The notes beneath the pieces were generated by a model that saw only the letters and a list, made by a program, of their open reading frames with translations, was not told the origin of the DNA and made no database searches. The translations under genes and the position numbers were made by a program. Shown piece after piece: positions 1 to 10,323 of a stretch of 64,000 bases of DNA (position 1 is its first letter; every line of letters starts with the position of its first letter). The stretch spans positions 32,001 to 96,000 of IMG/VR virus record IMGVR_UViG_3300044656_000027; one strand, written 5' to 3'. This stretch comes from a virus (lineage: Duplodnaviria; Caudoviricetes).

Positions 1-202
1 CTGGGAACCTTCCTGCCTTTGCCCGCTTCGCTGACACGTAGTGGTTAGTAAAGTTCTCTACGAAATTGCGCGCATTCGCGAGAGCCATCCTCCCAGTAGG
101 GTGCGGATGACTGTAGTCATCGAAACGCATTCCCCTGAACTTGATAGGGATTCGTGCACGGTCCCACTTGTTGACATAGAAATCATGGGGCATCTGATCC
201 AT
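1..202 (-). CDS. N-terminal part of probable DnaC/IstB-like ATPase (helicase loader), truncated by window edge
   Basis: Own translation MDQMPHDFYVNKWDRARIPIKFRGMRFDDY...; GGAG RBS; the IP.KF...FDDY motif is typical of DnaC-like N-termini; Walker A not in window. Confidence 0.55.
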   Translation of the reverse strand, partial: MDQMPHDFYVNKWDRARIPIKFRGMRFDDYSHPHPTGRMALANARNFVENFTNHYVSAKRAKAGRFP

Positions 203-560
203 ACTTCTCCATCCACTCCTTTTCAAGTGCTGCCCACTTGTCCTGTGGGGTAACTTCGTTGAGCTTAGCATGGATCTGTTCCAAGCGATAGAGGAAGTCC
301 TGCCAACCAGGATTCTTCCCGCGCAGCTCGGGATCGTCCATATACAGATCAATACAACTCTTGATCGTGTCAGAGTCTACCTTACCCTTCCAGCGATTGA
401 ACTGTGCTGCAAGAGCTGTAAGGTTTACCATACCGAACCCAGACCATATGGCTCTATCCAACTTCATCTTGAAGTATTTTGCAAGAGCCATTCCACTAAA
501 CGAAACTACGGGGATCTCCTCTTCTGGAGACCCCCATAGTTCCTTGTATAAATCACTCAC
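183..560 (-). CDS. hypothetical protein (possible replication-associated protein)
   Basis: ORF track 183..572; GTG at 560 overlaps upstream stop (GTGAGTGA coupling). Confidence 0.6.
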   Translation of the reverse strand: MSDLYKELWGSPEEEIPVVSFSGMALAKYFKMKLDRAIWSGFGMVNLTALAAQFNRWKGKVDSDTIKSCIDLYMDDPELRGKNPGWQDFLYRLEQIHAKLNEVTPQDKWAALEKEWMEKYGSDAP

Positions 561-657
561 CAGGATTACCACCTAGTACGATAAACACTCCAGCAAGCAA
601 ACACGCTGCGATGATACACATCGCGAATGGGAACAGAAGTCCCATGACTATCATCAT
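553..657 (-). CDS. 34-aa membrane microprotein
   Basis: Not in ORF track: MMIVMGLLFPFAMCIIAACLLAGVFIVLGGNPGE; TAATG coupling upstream and overlap with next gene. Confidence 0.6.
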   Translation of the reverse strand: MMIVMGLLFPFAMCIIAACLLAGVFIVLGGNPGE

Positions 658-902
658 TACTTGTCCTTACTATGAACGGGTCGCGCACGGCAAGTCAGAC
701 CAGTGGCAAGGCCATCCTCATAGAGGACAAAGAAGCCCTTGAGAATAGTCTCCCAAGTGAGAACACCATCAACAGCAAAGGCATCCATATAGTCTGACAT
801 ACCGCATTCCTTGGCATAAGGAACTGTATCATACAGCTCGTTACCGGGAAATCCTTCCCAAGTCTCGTGCCGAATCTCCCAGACGAAATCTTCCTTAGCC
901 AT
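657..902 (-). CDS. hypothetical protein
   Basis: ORF; start MAKEDF overlapping stop of upstream gene. Confidence 0.65.
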   Translation of the reverse strand: MAKEDFVWEIRHETWEGFPGNELYDTVPYAKECGMSDYMDAFAVDGVLTWETILKGFFVLYEDGLATGLTCRARPVHSKDK

Positions 903-1284
903 TCTGCTTAGCCCTCTCAATCATGCGCTCAAGGTAGTGCTTGGCCTTCTCAAGATCCTCAACACCATTCTTGTCTGGTGCTCGCAGGATGTACTTTATG
1001 GCGTTACCCGCATAAAAGTCAAGCCCATACTCATCAATGATGTCCCAAGGCATGATCTTGTGCTTGGTGTAATGGTCTCCACCAACCTGCTTCTTATCCT
1101 GAGTTTCTGGCATACCAATTATCCATCCGTAGTCTTCGAAGTCTGAATGAGTAATCCAAGATGTTGAATAGGACTTACCCTTTATGCGCATCCAAATGGA
1201 CTGAACACTAGTTTCATAAACTTCGTAAAACTTATCAGGATCAGTAGGATGCCAAATGATATCTCCCACCTTTGGCTCAGCCAT
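895..1284 (-). CDS. DUF3310 (T7 gp1.7-like nucleotide kinase) domain protein
   Basis: QVGGDHY...GLDFYAGNAIKYILRAPDKNGVEDLEKAKHYLE signature; start MAEPK with GGAGG RBS. Confidence 0.8.
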   Translation of the reverse strand: MAEPKVGDIIWHPTDPDKFYEVYETSVQSIWMRIKGKSYSTSWITHSDFEDYGWIIGMPETQDKKQVGGDHYTKHKIMPWDIIDEYGLDFYAGNAIKYILRAPDKNGVEDLEKAKHYLERMIERAKQNG

Positions 1285-2488
1285 TACGAATGTCCTCCAC
1301 AAGTGCGGCGTAAGTACGAATAGTCCGAGAGAACGCGTCACCCATAGCAGCGATGTCCTCTCCAAGCTGCATAACCAGCTCGTTACGAGTAGACTCTACA
1401 GCCTTCGGAGCGTTCTTGGCAACATCCGCCCAGATATCCTCAGACGAAACCACAGACAGGTTCTCGGGCATACCCTTGGCAGCACCCAGAGACTTCGGCA
1501 TCGGTCGCTCAAGAGCCACAGTGGCCTTAAGCTTAGTCTCAACCAGCTTGATCTCTTCGTCTACCTCAGCCTGAGTCATGACACCCATGTCAACAACAGT
1601 CTTACGCTGCTCAGGAGACAGACGATCCACGGTGGAGTGCTTGATTAGTTCAGCAGCACTCCAGAAATCCCTCTCGTCCATACCACAGTGCTCGCAGAAC
1701 GAACCATCCTTCCCATTCTCGTCGTCAAACCACACAAACTTGTGCTTGTGTGCAGGGTCCTTCGCAACTGCGTCAGAGATAAGCTTGTCGAGCCCTGCAA
1801 GGGGCTTCTCAGGCTCCTTCACAGGCTCAGCGGGCTTCTTTGCCACAGTCTTCTTTGCAGCCGTCTTACGGGGCGCTGCGGCCTTCTTAGCAGGCTTGGC
1901 AGCAGCCTTCTCCTCCGCTTCCTTCTTAGCGAATTCAGCCTCAAGCTTCTCACGCTTGATTCGGTCGTCAGTGGACTCGTAGTTGGGGAACGTGTCACCC
2001 ATGACCTCAGAGTTCAGAGTCTTGAGCCACGTGTAATTCTTTGCCTCGCACAGGATCTCAAGATCAGACATGGAGCTGTCACCCTGAGTGTAGATGGAAT
2101 CTTCGTTGTAGTGCATGAGGAAGACAGTCTCGTGACCATCCTTCTCCAGCTCAAGCAGTCGAGAGAAAGCCTTCTCCAGAGTCTCACGCTCGTTGTCAGA
2201 GACCTCAATGTCCGGAAGACCAGAGAGTTCCTTGGTCATAGGCTTGCCCTTGGTCTGAAAGACCTGAACATCCGCATCAACATCAATAGCCCAGTCCACC
2301 ATGAAGCGCATACCCGGAGAGGGCTTGTCCATGATCGGGAAGATGATGGTAACCTCTCGACTCTCCACCGAATTGGCAGCGTCAACAGGACCGAAGACCC
2401 AATCGTCCAGCTCTGCACGCAGGTTGCGCTTGTCCACAGGACCAGTACCCGTGACCATAATGGCGACAGGCTTAGTAAAGTCTCGCAT
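1277..2488 (-). CDS. hypothetical protein with Ala/Lys-rich linker and small Zn-binding motif
   Basis: 403-aa ORF with RBS; KKAAAPRKTAAKK linker; HKHKF...CEHC. Confidence 0.75.
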   Translation of the reverse strand: MRDFTKPVAIMVTGTGPVDKRNLRAELDDWVFGPVDAANSVESREVTIIFPIMDKPSPGMRFMVDWAIDVDADVQVFQTKGKPMTKELSGLPDIEVSDNERETLEKAFSRLLELEKDGHETVFLMHYNEDSIYTQGDSSMSDLEILCEAKNYTWLKTLNSEVMGDTFPNYESTDDRIKREKLEAEFAKKEAEEKAAAKPAKKAAAPRKTAAKKTVAKKPAEPVKEPEKPLAGLDKLISDAVAKDPAHKHKFVWFDDENGKDGSFCEHCGMDERDFWSAAELIKHSTVDRLSPEQRKTVVDMGVMTQAEVDEEIKLVETKLKATVALERPMPKSLGAAKGMPENLSVVSSEDIWADVAKNAPKAVESTRNELVMQLGEDIAAMGDAFSRTIRTYAALVEDIRNG

Positions 2489-2506
2489 GTAAATTCCCTT
2501 CGTTCG

Positions 2507-2773
2507 TTATGGCAACGGAGGTACCTTAGATTGGTACTTCGGTTGCTTCTGCCTCTTCGTTCGTTTCGGTGTCACCGTGGCGACGAGAAGAACTATGACA
2601 CAGGGAGCCAGTGTTGTCAACACAATCACTGGACAGAACCAGAGACCTAGCGACATCAGTGGGATCGCGAAGAAGTGTATCACCCAGTCTGGTAGTTCTG
2701 GGAACGATGTGTTAATGTAAGCCCACAGGTATGCGAGAGCCATGCCAACGAGTATCACGTGTATTAGAATCAT
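2507..2773 (-). CDS. small membrane protein
   Basis: Two to three hydrophobic segments, basic C-terminus; TAGCAT -10 box 6 nt before ATG (leaderless). Confidence 0.7.
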   Translation of the reverse strand: MILIHVILVGMALAYLWAYINTSFPELPDWVIHFFAIPLMSLGLWFCPVIVLTTLAPCVIVLLVATVTPKRTKRQKQPKYQSKVPPLP

Positions 2774-2791
2774 GAGGGGATGCTACCACAC

Positions 2792-2820
2792 TTGACAGCC
2801 GTTGGGTACCCTGCTACCCT
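2792..2820 (+). promoter_or_regulatory. sigma70/HrdB-like promoter TTGACA-N17-TACCCT
   Basis: Exact hexamers and 17-nt spacer; same pair recurs at 53523-53551 and 63223-63251. Confidence 0.55.
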
Positions 2821-2840
2821 AATCTTTAATATATGTATAT

Positions 2841-2880
2841 AAAGAAAAAGAGAGATATAGAAATTCTATATCTCTCTTTA
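2841..2880 (-). terminator. intrinsic terminator ending the morphogenesis operon
   Basis: Inverted repeat AAAGAGAGATATAGAA/TTCTATATCTCTCTTT with T-run on minus strand, just after 2886 stop. Confidence 0.65.
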
Positions 2881-2885
2881 ACTAT

Positions 2886-5294
2886 TTATGGAGTTATTGG
2901 TTGAGCAAATTGTAGATTATAAGTAGATCCTAAAGGCATTACAGAAGGTAGAGCTACATTCAATCTGTTTATCTTATTGGTGTAGTTCTTGTAGTAGTAG
3001 GATCTACCAGCATTAGCACTAGCTCCAGATTCCCAGAGGTAATCATTAGTGGCTGTATTTCCATCAAAGAAACTACCTGCGGTAGTAGATTCTTCCAACA
3101 GAATATCGTCTACCCAGAAAGAGAAGTTCTGTCCTGCTCCTATGTAGTCAATGTAGTTCACATAGAAGTACAATCCCATGTCTGGTAATCCATTAAACGG
3201 AACTGTGAATGTTCCAGAAATCTGAGTCCATCCATTAACAGTGTTACCTGCGGACTTCGCAGCATTTGTACTTACAGCGGATACACCATTACCAGAGGCG
3301 GCAAAGTTCTGATCAAGACAATTCATGAATACATCTGGACAGTTAGCGCCTTGCTTTACCCATGCTGAAATCGTATAGGTGTGTCCTACCTTTAGTCCTT
3401 GGATCACAGGAATAGCTCCACCAGATAATCTGAATGGAGTTCCGAATCCCATCTGGGAATTAGATCCTCCACTGAATGTACCTGAGGCTGTAACGAAGGT
3501 CATCTTTGCAGAGCCCAAAGAGTTATAGCCTGTGGTCCCATCCCATGAAAGTGTTGCTGGGCTAGGAGACCCTGTGGTATTTGTATTTACTGCGGAATAG
3601 TAATTAATGTTTGTATTGAATCCGCCATTCCATACATAATTCACACGATCAGCCTTGATATTGATATTCAAAGTATTTGGCTGATTGAAGGTTGTCGGTA
3701 CATCCAAGTTATAAACATCTGCGCCCACTACAGAGTGGCCACTGATGTAAACCGTTTCCACCAAGTTAGACGGATTAGCGATGAAAGGAACTACAGCTAC
3801 CCATGCTGTATTAGTTGGCGCGAACTGTGGAATGGTTGCGGCTGTTTGCCAAACTCCTCCACCAGGATGCGTCATGATGGAGTAAGATGCCACACCGCTT
3901 GTTGGGCTGTTCGTAATATTGAAGTTGGCATCGTAATAAATTAACTGCGCATACCAAGTGGTATTCGCTCTAGTTGTAGACAGAGATACATATCCTACGA
4001 ACTCTTCATAAATAGTTCCATTGTGTCTTACTGGAATCAATCCCACGGTGGATGGATACGGATAGTATCCATTGTACGCTCCACCGTTAATCGATACCGG
4101 AGAGCTGCTACTGGTTAGCGCACCTGAATACTGACCGCTCAATACTGTAGTAGTTGAACGAGTCAATGTCTGCGTACCTGGTCCAGGAACAAAGTACGTT
4201 CCGTTTACATAATTGGATACGTTAGCTGTATATCTATTACTAAACCCTGGAGTGAATTCCATCTGCGCATTAGCAATGAAGTTATTGGAGGTCTCAGGAT
4301 TAGTCATGGAGTAAGTTCCTAGAGCCACACGTGCTACTGGGAAGTACGAACCATCACGATAAGCAGTAGGTACGACATACGTATTGTTTGTGCGTCCCCA
4401 GGAAGTAACTGGATTAGATACAGGAACAGTAACCGGCTGCTGATATCCGCCAGTCTGAGTAGTGATCAGAGGATCAATGGGTGTGCTACCACTGGCTAGT
4501 TGGCTGTAAGAGAAGTCAGTTAAACCGCCCTCAGGCAGCCCTAGAGTGGCTGTGAACTTGGCAGCGACGTTGAACTTGTTAGTGGTTCTCGCAGCCAGCG
4601 AGAAGGGCACTGTAGCGCTTCCTAGACCCCATGCAGAGGCAGTGTTAACCGTCTTGGCAGAAAGCTGGAGAGTAGTACCTGGCAGATTTACATTAGAGAT
4701 GTAAGCATTCTGTCCAGAATTCTCACTGCCCGTGAATCCTGCAAAGAACATAACGGTTACATTTGTGGCGTCCCAAGAATAGGGAACATTACCTAGCTCT
4801 GTCCATGTGGAACCATCTGGTGAGGTATCGAAGTGGAATAGAATTCCATCATTACGAATACGCCAGAAGGCATGGGACGTAGGATTGTATGCAGGCATTG
4901 CAGAGCTTGGATAAACAATGTTGTTATTGTTTGATCCGAATGCGGAGAATACACCCTGTGGTCCTACAGCCATTTCTACATAGTTAATCGCGTCAAACTT
5001 AACCACAAGGGCAGTCTGAATATTACCCCCACCAAATGGGGCAGGGGTAACCTTTGCAAAGAAGCTGTCGTAAGAAATGTCGTAGCCCGAAGCACCCACA
5101 TAGCTAGGTGTAGAGGTGGCTTGTACGTAGCTGGCTCCAACGATTGGATCGAAGCCATAGGTACCGCTTACTGTATTCCATTGAGGATTCAGTAATTCGA
5201 AGGTACCACCATAGCCTCCCTGACCGAATTGGAAAGCTCCAAAACCGTCAGGGAGGAATACATCAATAAGTGTATGTGCTTTTGGTGTCGCCAT
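2886..5294 (-). CDS. tail fibre / minor tail protein with carbohydrate-binding-like (CBM_4_9-type) modules
   Basis: 802 aa, Gly/Ser/Thr/aromatic-rich; NYVWNGGFN...GHTYTISAWVK...WTQISGTFT...WVDDILLE pattern; last gene of tail operon. Confidence 0.7.
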   Translation of the reverse strand: MATPKAHTLIDVFLPDGFGAFQFGQGGYGGTFELLNPQWNTVSGTYGFDPIVGASYVQATSTPSYVGASGYDISYDSFFAKVTPAPFGGGNIQTALVVKFDAINYVEMAVGPQGVFSAFGSNNNNIVYPSSAMPAYNPTSHAFWRIRNDGILFHFDTSPDGSTWTELGNVPYSWDATNVTVMFFAGFTGSENSGQNAYISNVNLPGTTLQLSAKTVNTASAWGLGSATVPFSLAARTTNKFNVAAKFTATLGLPEGGLTDFSYSQLASGSTPIDPLITTQTGGYQQPVTVPVSNPVTSWGRTNNTYVVPTAYRDGSYFPVARVALGTYSMTNPETSNNFIANAQMEFTPGFSNRYTANVSNYVNGTYFVPGPGTQTLTRSTTTVLSGQYSGALTSSSSPVSINGGAYNGYYPYPSTVGLIPVRHNGTIYEEFVGYVSLSTTRANTTWYAQLIYYDANFNITNSPTSGVASYSIMTHPGGGVWQTAATIPQFAPTNTAWVAVVPFIANPSNLVETVYISGHSVVGADVYNLDVPTTFNQPNTLNINIKADRVNYVWNGGFNTNINYYSAVNTNTTGSPSPATLSWDGTTGYNSLGSAKMTFVTASGTFSGGSNSQMGFGTPFRLSGGAIPVIQGLKVGHTYTISAWVKQGANCPDVFMNCLDQNFAASGNGVSAVSTNAAKSAGNTVNGWTQISGTFTVPFNGLPDMGLYFYVNYIDYIGAGQNFSFWVDDILLEESTTAGSFFDGNTATNDYLWESGASANAGRSYYYKNYTNKINRLNVALPSVMPLGSTYNLQFAQPITP

Positions 5295-7670
5295 TTACAA
5301 TGCTCCTGTTGCTGAATACTTCTGAATAAGTCCGAACTGATTACCGGAGGTAGGACCAGTAGTTCCACCAGGATTCAGAGGAATCCATGTTCCCAAGCCG
5401 TCTCTGGCGTATGCATACACAAATACAACGTTGTTCGCTGCCACAAGGACCACCATGCGGTCACCAGTCTTCAAGCGTGACCAGGTGGCCATGGAGGTTT
5501 CTACTCCAGCCACTACCTTCCATAATGTAGTTCTTGTAGCGTACCAGAAGTTGTTAGCATCTACCCATGCGAATACAATTCCATGAGTCTTGTGTGCCGT
5601 ATCTACAAAGTCATTTGCGAAAGTTACACAGTAAAGACCTTGCTGTGCTCCGACTCCACCGTTATTCAGTAACGCATAACTGTACGTAGTGGTACCTACG
5701 ATAGACTGGTTAGCCGCAGCCATACCATACTTGGTGTACCAAGCACCGTTAGTCAAAGGCGTCTGAGCCCATGCACTAGAGTTTGCCAAGCTGTAATTAA
5801 GCAGGGCAGGCTCAGATGTCTGACCTAGACTAGCTACATCATTCTGGAATCTAGCGGTAAGGCCAACACCAATAGCAAAGACGTTTCCTCCACCTTGGAT
5901 AACATTTCTGGCCTGGTTAACAGAGCCGTCATAGAACAGCACGCTAGAGCTAGCTGTTGACGCTCCCTGAGCATTGGTGGACTTAGCCAAGTATGCAGAG
6001 ACATTGAGCATTTGCTGTACTGGACCAATGCAAATCCAATACTTAGTGGAATAGTAGTATCCAGAGGGCTGCTGATTGATGTGATTCAAAGCGGCTTGAT
6101 AAAGAATACCCTGATACTGAACCTGCTGACCTGCTACATAAGAAATAGTGGAACCCCAGGATACAGGTTGAATGAGTGGAGCTCCATCCTTAATATAGTT
6201 CGGCTGATCTGTTACAAGCGGTGCTGAATACTGGAAGGGTCTCCAATAAGCTTCATTAGTTCCAGGCGTAATAGCTCCTGCTGTTGTAGCAGGACCAGAT
6301 GCCTTAACGCACTGATAATAAATGCTGTTCAAAACTACATAATTATTGATCACATAGTTTGTACCGTTAGTCCATGTTGGTGTAGTAATTGAACTGGCAG
6401 AGTAGAAGGTCAATCCTGGTTGCGCTGAATTCGGTACAGCAGCGAGAGCATTCATAGTGTTATTACCAGGAACGGAAGGATTAGGTAGTCCCGTTGCAAT
6501 TCCGTTATAGGTAACAGCAATTGTAGAACTTGCAGCCCAAGTGGAATAGTGTGTGGTAGTTGGATTGTACAGCGTCGTGGTATCGAACGTTTGTATCTGT
6601 ACCTGCCACCAAGTATTACTGGAGTTAGTTCCAGTAGGAGCCTGAGCAGTACCGGTTGCCTGTACCAAACACTTGTAGTTGTAGTTTCCATACTGAACAA
6701 GTGCGTTCACCTGATAAGTGGTATTCGCATTCCATGTTGGATTCAGCGGATGCAGGAAGTTAGCCTGATCAGCAGAGACATACAGGTTGGAGGTCTCTGT
6801 GATAGTAGAATCCCATCCTGTAAGCTGCGCTACAAGGTTGTGAATGGACTGTGGTTCTCCACGTAGCTGATAGTTCGTCGTAGCTGTCTTAACGCGCTGA
6901 CGACGCTGCTGTGGCGTTGCCATGTAATCGGTAGCAAGACCCAACTGCTGCCCAAGAATATCTAGATCGGTAGCAGATACTACGTCTGGATTATTCAGGT
7001 TAAGGAAACTGTCGTATCTATTCTTCAAGGTATCCAAACCAAATCCCAGAACGTTCAAGTAGTTCTGTAGAGAAGGATTGTCTACTGCTGTATTGCCGAA
7101 AGTATCGGACCCCGCAATCTTATATGGTTGTGGGGTTCTGTTGTATAGCTGATTACCATAACCCTCATTGGCGAGAGCCAGGTTGGCAGCATATCCAGCA
7201 GGATTCCAGGTAGGCACATATGGACCCGTGGCCCACCACACACCACCCTGAACAGGCGTGTTGTTAGTGTTGGATGCCTGCAAGCTGGTCCAGTATTGTC
7301 CATTGTAAAGAACCTGATAGTTCGCAGGGTAAGTAGTTCCGGAATTCCATGCTGGCGCTTCGGCAGACAGGAAGATCGCGTAGTAATAGATCAGTCCGGG
7401 TGTCAAGCCAGTATCGTCATAAGACTTCTGAATCGTAGACGGAGTGAACTGCTGTAGCAGTGTTCCGTCTAATGGAGTAGTCGGATAACCATACTGGCTA
7501 CGAACCAGCTGCATGTACTTCCAGGAAGTTGCATTGGGGGCATTCCACGATAGCGTGATCTCCCCATAGTCTGCCTGTGTTGCAGTGAAGGGAGTTACGC
7601 TGTAGTCAATTGGCTGTGAGTATCCATAGAACGGAATTCCATAGATATCAACACCAAATCCTTGGCTCAT
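5295..7670 (-). CDS. baseplate wedge/tail protein (P2 gpI-like) with four CBM5/12-like repeats
   Basis: LDILGQQLG...QRRQRVK...YQLRG...LTGW gpI-like core; W....Y...V.Y.G..Y repeats. Confidence 0.75.
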   Translation of the reverse strand: MSQGFGVDIYGIPFYGYSQPIDYSVTPFTATQADYGEITLSWNAPNATSWKYMQLVRSQYGYPTTPLDGTLLQQFTPSTIQKSYDDTGLTPGLIYYYAIFLSAEAPAWNSGTTYPANYQVLYNGQYWTSLQASNTNNTPVQGGVWWATGPYVPTWNPAGYAANLALANEGYGNQLYNRTPQPYKIAGSDTFGNTAVDNPSLQNYLNVLGFGLDTLKNRYDSFLNLNNPDVVSATDLDILGQQLGLATDYMATPQQRRQRVKTATTNYQLRGEPQSIHNLVAQLTGWDSTITETSNLYVSADQANFLHPLNPTWNANTTYQVNALVQYGNYNYKCLVQATGTAQAPTGTNSSNTWWQVQIQTFDTTTLYNPTTTHYSTWAASSTIAVTYNGIATGLPNPSVPGNNTMNALAAVPNSAQPGLTFYSASSITTPTWTNGTNYVINNYVVLNSIYYQCVKASGPATTAGAITPGTNEAYWRPFQYSAPLVTDQPNYIKDGAPLIQPVSWGSTISYVAGQQVQYQGILYQAALNHINQQPSGYYYSTKYWICIGPVQQMLNVSAYLAKSTNAQGASTASSSVLFYDGSVNQARNVIQGGGNVFAIGVGLTARFQNDVASLGQTSEPALLNYSLANSSAWAQTPLTNGAWYTKYGMAAANQSIVGTTTYSYALLNNGGVGAQQGLYCVTFANDFVDTAHKTHGIVFAWVDANNFWYATRTTLWKVVAGVETSMATWSRLKTGDRMVVLVAANNVVFVYAYARDGLGTWIPLNPGGTTGPTSGNQFGLIQKYSATGAL

Positions 7671-7680
7671 GCGTTACTCC

Positions 7681-8358
7681 TTATAGGTTGTTAACAGTAG
7701 GTGCATCACGCTCGTAGGTGATAGACATGAATGCGGTTGCAGTAATTCCAGTAGTTAAGCAGTTCTGGTATGCCTGCATATTGACGGAGACTCCCTTGGT
7801 CCACGGGAAGGTAAGGGATGCGGCCTGGTGATTAGAACGCTGCCAACCCTGTGGGAAGAAGCCAATAGTGTCTACAATCTCCCAGTTCTGTCCAGCCTGT
7901 AGAGCCTTAATGCCAAGAGCACCAGAGCGATCGAAAGCAGGTTGCTGGTTATCAGCGGGAAGATTGTCCGCATGCCATCTGATATAAATATCAAAGCGGT
8001 ACACACCTGTTCTTGGACATGTAAGGTTTGGACCGCCTGTAAACATTCCGTGAGTGTCCCAGGTCACAGCAGACCAGTTCATTGTCTTTGACTGGTTGTA
8101 AGGAACTACTACATTGTGCAGGTGTGCATTTACATAAGGCTTCGATACCCCTTGGCGCACAGCAGTAATTCTATTACTAACTGAGGACCACTTGTTAACT
8201 TTGCCGTCAATGGTGTCCCACATTGGATTAGGACCCAGTGTGTTTTCCAGTGCGGTTACTTCATCATAAAGAACATTGACATCGGCTGCGTCTACGATAT
8301 TCGTAAAGTCCGTTCTGTAATTGAACTTCTTTATCGCTGCCGGATAAATCGCTACCAT
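7681..8358 (-). CDS. virion structural protein (baseplate region)
   Basis: YPAAI...NIVDAADVN.L..EV.ALE..LG N-terminal motif common in tail proteins; position in operon. Confidence 0.6.
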   Translation of the reverse strand: MVAIYPAAIKKFNYRTDFTNIVDAADVNVLYDEVTALENTLGPNPMWDTIDGKVNKWSSVSNRITAVRQGVSKPYVNAHLHNVVVPYNQSKTMNWSAVTWDTHGMFTGGPNLTCPRTGVYRFDIYIRWHADNLPADNQQPAFDRSGALGIKALQAGQNWEIVDTIGFFPQGWQRSNHQAASLTFPWTKGVSVNMQAYQNCLTTGITATAFMSITYERDAPTVNNL

Positions 8359-8367
8359 TAGGACTCC

Positions 8368-9903
8368 TTAGAATGGTGAGGCGCTGACGTTTACTACGAT
8401 AGTACCAGCGCTAGGTAGCTCATTCGGACGAAGGAGAATATCATTTGCACCAGTCTGAGAGGTGGCATCGTTTCTTACTAGCAGAGGAATATTCACATAC
8501 TGTACGCCTGGAATATTGTACAGAGCTGAGTAGAAAGCAGACAATGGAACACGTGCTCCAAGTGTTGCGTTCGCAGTAGAGAATAGATTCTGAATAGCCT
8601 GAACGGCTGCCGTCTGAATTGTTGAAGGTGTGTAGCGAGAACTACAAGTAATAACTACAGGTGAAGAGTTGTTGCCTACGTTAATTGGGATCAATGAACA
8701 TGGGGCAGCAGCCACTACAGTTCCCGCCAATGCTCTCGCTTGTAGATATGTGGTTACAGAATCCAAGATAGCCTGAGTAGGAATAGTGTTTCCTGTAGCA
8801 GCCACATAGCAGGTCACATTGGAATAGCTGTTAGCCACTGCGTTGGCCTGTGAGACAGCCGGAAGAGCCAGAGCAAGGTTTCCATAGTCCTGTAGCGTTA
8901 CGGCTCTCTGCTGGGCTGTGAAGCTCTTTGGTGCGTTGACTCTGATGTGGTCGATGGTTTCTGCGTTCGCTCCACCAGTCGTCTGGGAAGATCCAGAGAT
9001 GGTGATACCTAGGATTGGGGAAGCGATATCCACAATAGAGTTAGCGGTCAAGTTACCAATGGTTCCTCCACCCACACGATAGTTCGCATAGATAGCAAGA
9101 CCAGCAGGAGGGATGAACCCATTAATACCATCACCAAACTGAATCGTTACTACACCATTGGCGTTCGTAGAATCAGACCAAGCAAGATCAGATCCTAGAG
9201 AGGACTGTAGAGAATTCACCTGGTTCCATGGGACGATTGGATCTGATCCTGGAGTAGCAGGGTAGTTTGGATTCTGTACATAGATAGTGATAGAGCTCTG
9301 GATAACAGGATTGTTAGCCAGGTTGAATGTTTGTAGCGGAGCACCCGTAGAAGTACCCAGTAACTCTGTAGTAATAGAGGTAGGTGTGCTAGTTGAATTT
9401 CCGATAGTGAATACAGCAGAACCCTGAGTCACACCCTGAATAACGGGGATAGCAAGAGTTCCACCATTACCAGGAACAGTACCCGTAGCAGTAGTTTCGA
9501 ATACAAGTGGACCATTCAAGCTGGTGATGTAGTTAGTAGTTACCTGCGTAGCAGCCGGAACAACTACAGCGGCCCCACCAGGATTGGTTTGGAAAGTTAC
9601 TGTACCCGTAGCGGCTAAAGCTGGTCCCGGAGTATATCCGAGTAACTGAGCTAATAGGATTACAGACTCTAGTTGAGTAGCAGTACCAATATATGACTCT
9701 CCTACAATGCGATCACCGTAGTAGCTCAAGACATCAAGCTCTCGCGCCAAAGACTCCAAGAGCATGACTTCAAGAGCGCCTGGATTCTGATTGGTCCATT
9801 CAGGGAACGCCACCTTGGCGTACGCCATCATGGCATTGAGAAAGCCTGTGTAGTCCTTCCCGGTGTAATCAATAGCGGGAACTCCCGCACTAACTTGCGC
9901 CAT
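8368..9903 (-). CDS. baseplate J-like wedge protein
   Basis: IDYTGKDY, FPEWT, QFGDG..G.IP, YRVGGG..GN, RAVT.QDY motifs. Confidence 0.92.
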   Translation of the reverse strand: MAQVSAGVPAIDYTGKDYTGFLNAMMAYAKVAFPEWTNQNPGALEVMLLESLARELDVLSYYGDRIVGESYIGTATQLESVILLAQLLGYTPGPALAATGTVTFQTNPGGAAVVVPAATQVTTNYITSLNGPLVFETTATGTVPGNGGTLAIPVIQGVTQGSAVFTIGNSTSTPTSITTELLGTSTGAPLQTFNLANNPVIQSSITIYVQNPNYPATPGSDPIVPWNQVNSLQSSLGSDLAWSDSTNANGVVTIQFGDGINGFIPPAGLAIYANYRVGGGTIGNLTANSIVDIASPILGITISGSSQTTGGANAETIDHIRVNAPKSFTAQQRAVTLQDYGNLALALPAVSQANAVANSYSNVTCYVAATGNTIPTQAILDSVTTYLQARALAGTVVAAAPCSLIPINVGNNSSPVVITCSSRYTPSTIQTAAVQAIQNLFSTANATLGARVPLSAFYSALYNIPGVQYVNIPLLVRNDATSQTGANDILLRPNELPSAGTIVVNVSASPF

Positions 9904-10309
9904 TTAGTGTTACCTCCGTAACGGTTCCTCCAACCTCTACGGTCACCATGTGAGCCACAGAGCTAGTACGTGAAGCCTGGAGAATTGGTTGATAGTTTAC
10001 ATTGATGGAGGCAGACCCTCCGCCACTGTCCTGTACGTTTTGTGTCACGGAGACAGCCTTGATACCTGGCTCATATCTGGTGAGCTGAGCATCAACCAAG
10101 GTAGCCAGGTTAGAAGAGATTACATCGTTGCTAGGAGCAAAGAGCATCTGAGACAAAGGAAGCCCCAAGCCAGCACGCATAGCGCGCCCGCCTTGTTCGG
10201 TGGACACGAGTGCATTTACTCTCTGAGCTACCTGAGTATCAGGATCAGATTCCGTAGATACCGCTCCGTTCTGGAGAACTGTAAACGGTATTGTCATTTG
10301 AATTCCCAT
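9890..10309 (-). CDS. baseplate wedge protein (T4 gp25/GpW-like)
   Basis: PF...G.V....D......LVST..G.RAM...G...LF...RYEP.I pattern; start refined to MGIQM. Confidence 0.8.
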   Translation of the reverse strand: MGIQMTIPFTVLQNGAVSTESDPDTQVAQRVNALVSTEQGGRAMRAGLGLPLSQMLFAPSNDVISSNLATLVDAQLTRYEPGIKAVSVTQNVQDSGGGSASINVNYQPILQASRTSSVAHMVTVEVGGTVTEVTLNGAS

Positions 10310-10323
10310 AGCTATATTATCCC

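Noticed and set aside
1256-2650. Plus-strand ORFs including 320-aa 1688..2650
   Set aside because: Antisense shadows of 1277..2488; the same applies to most plus-strand ORFs before 53.6 kb
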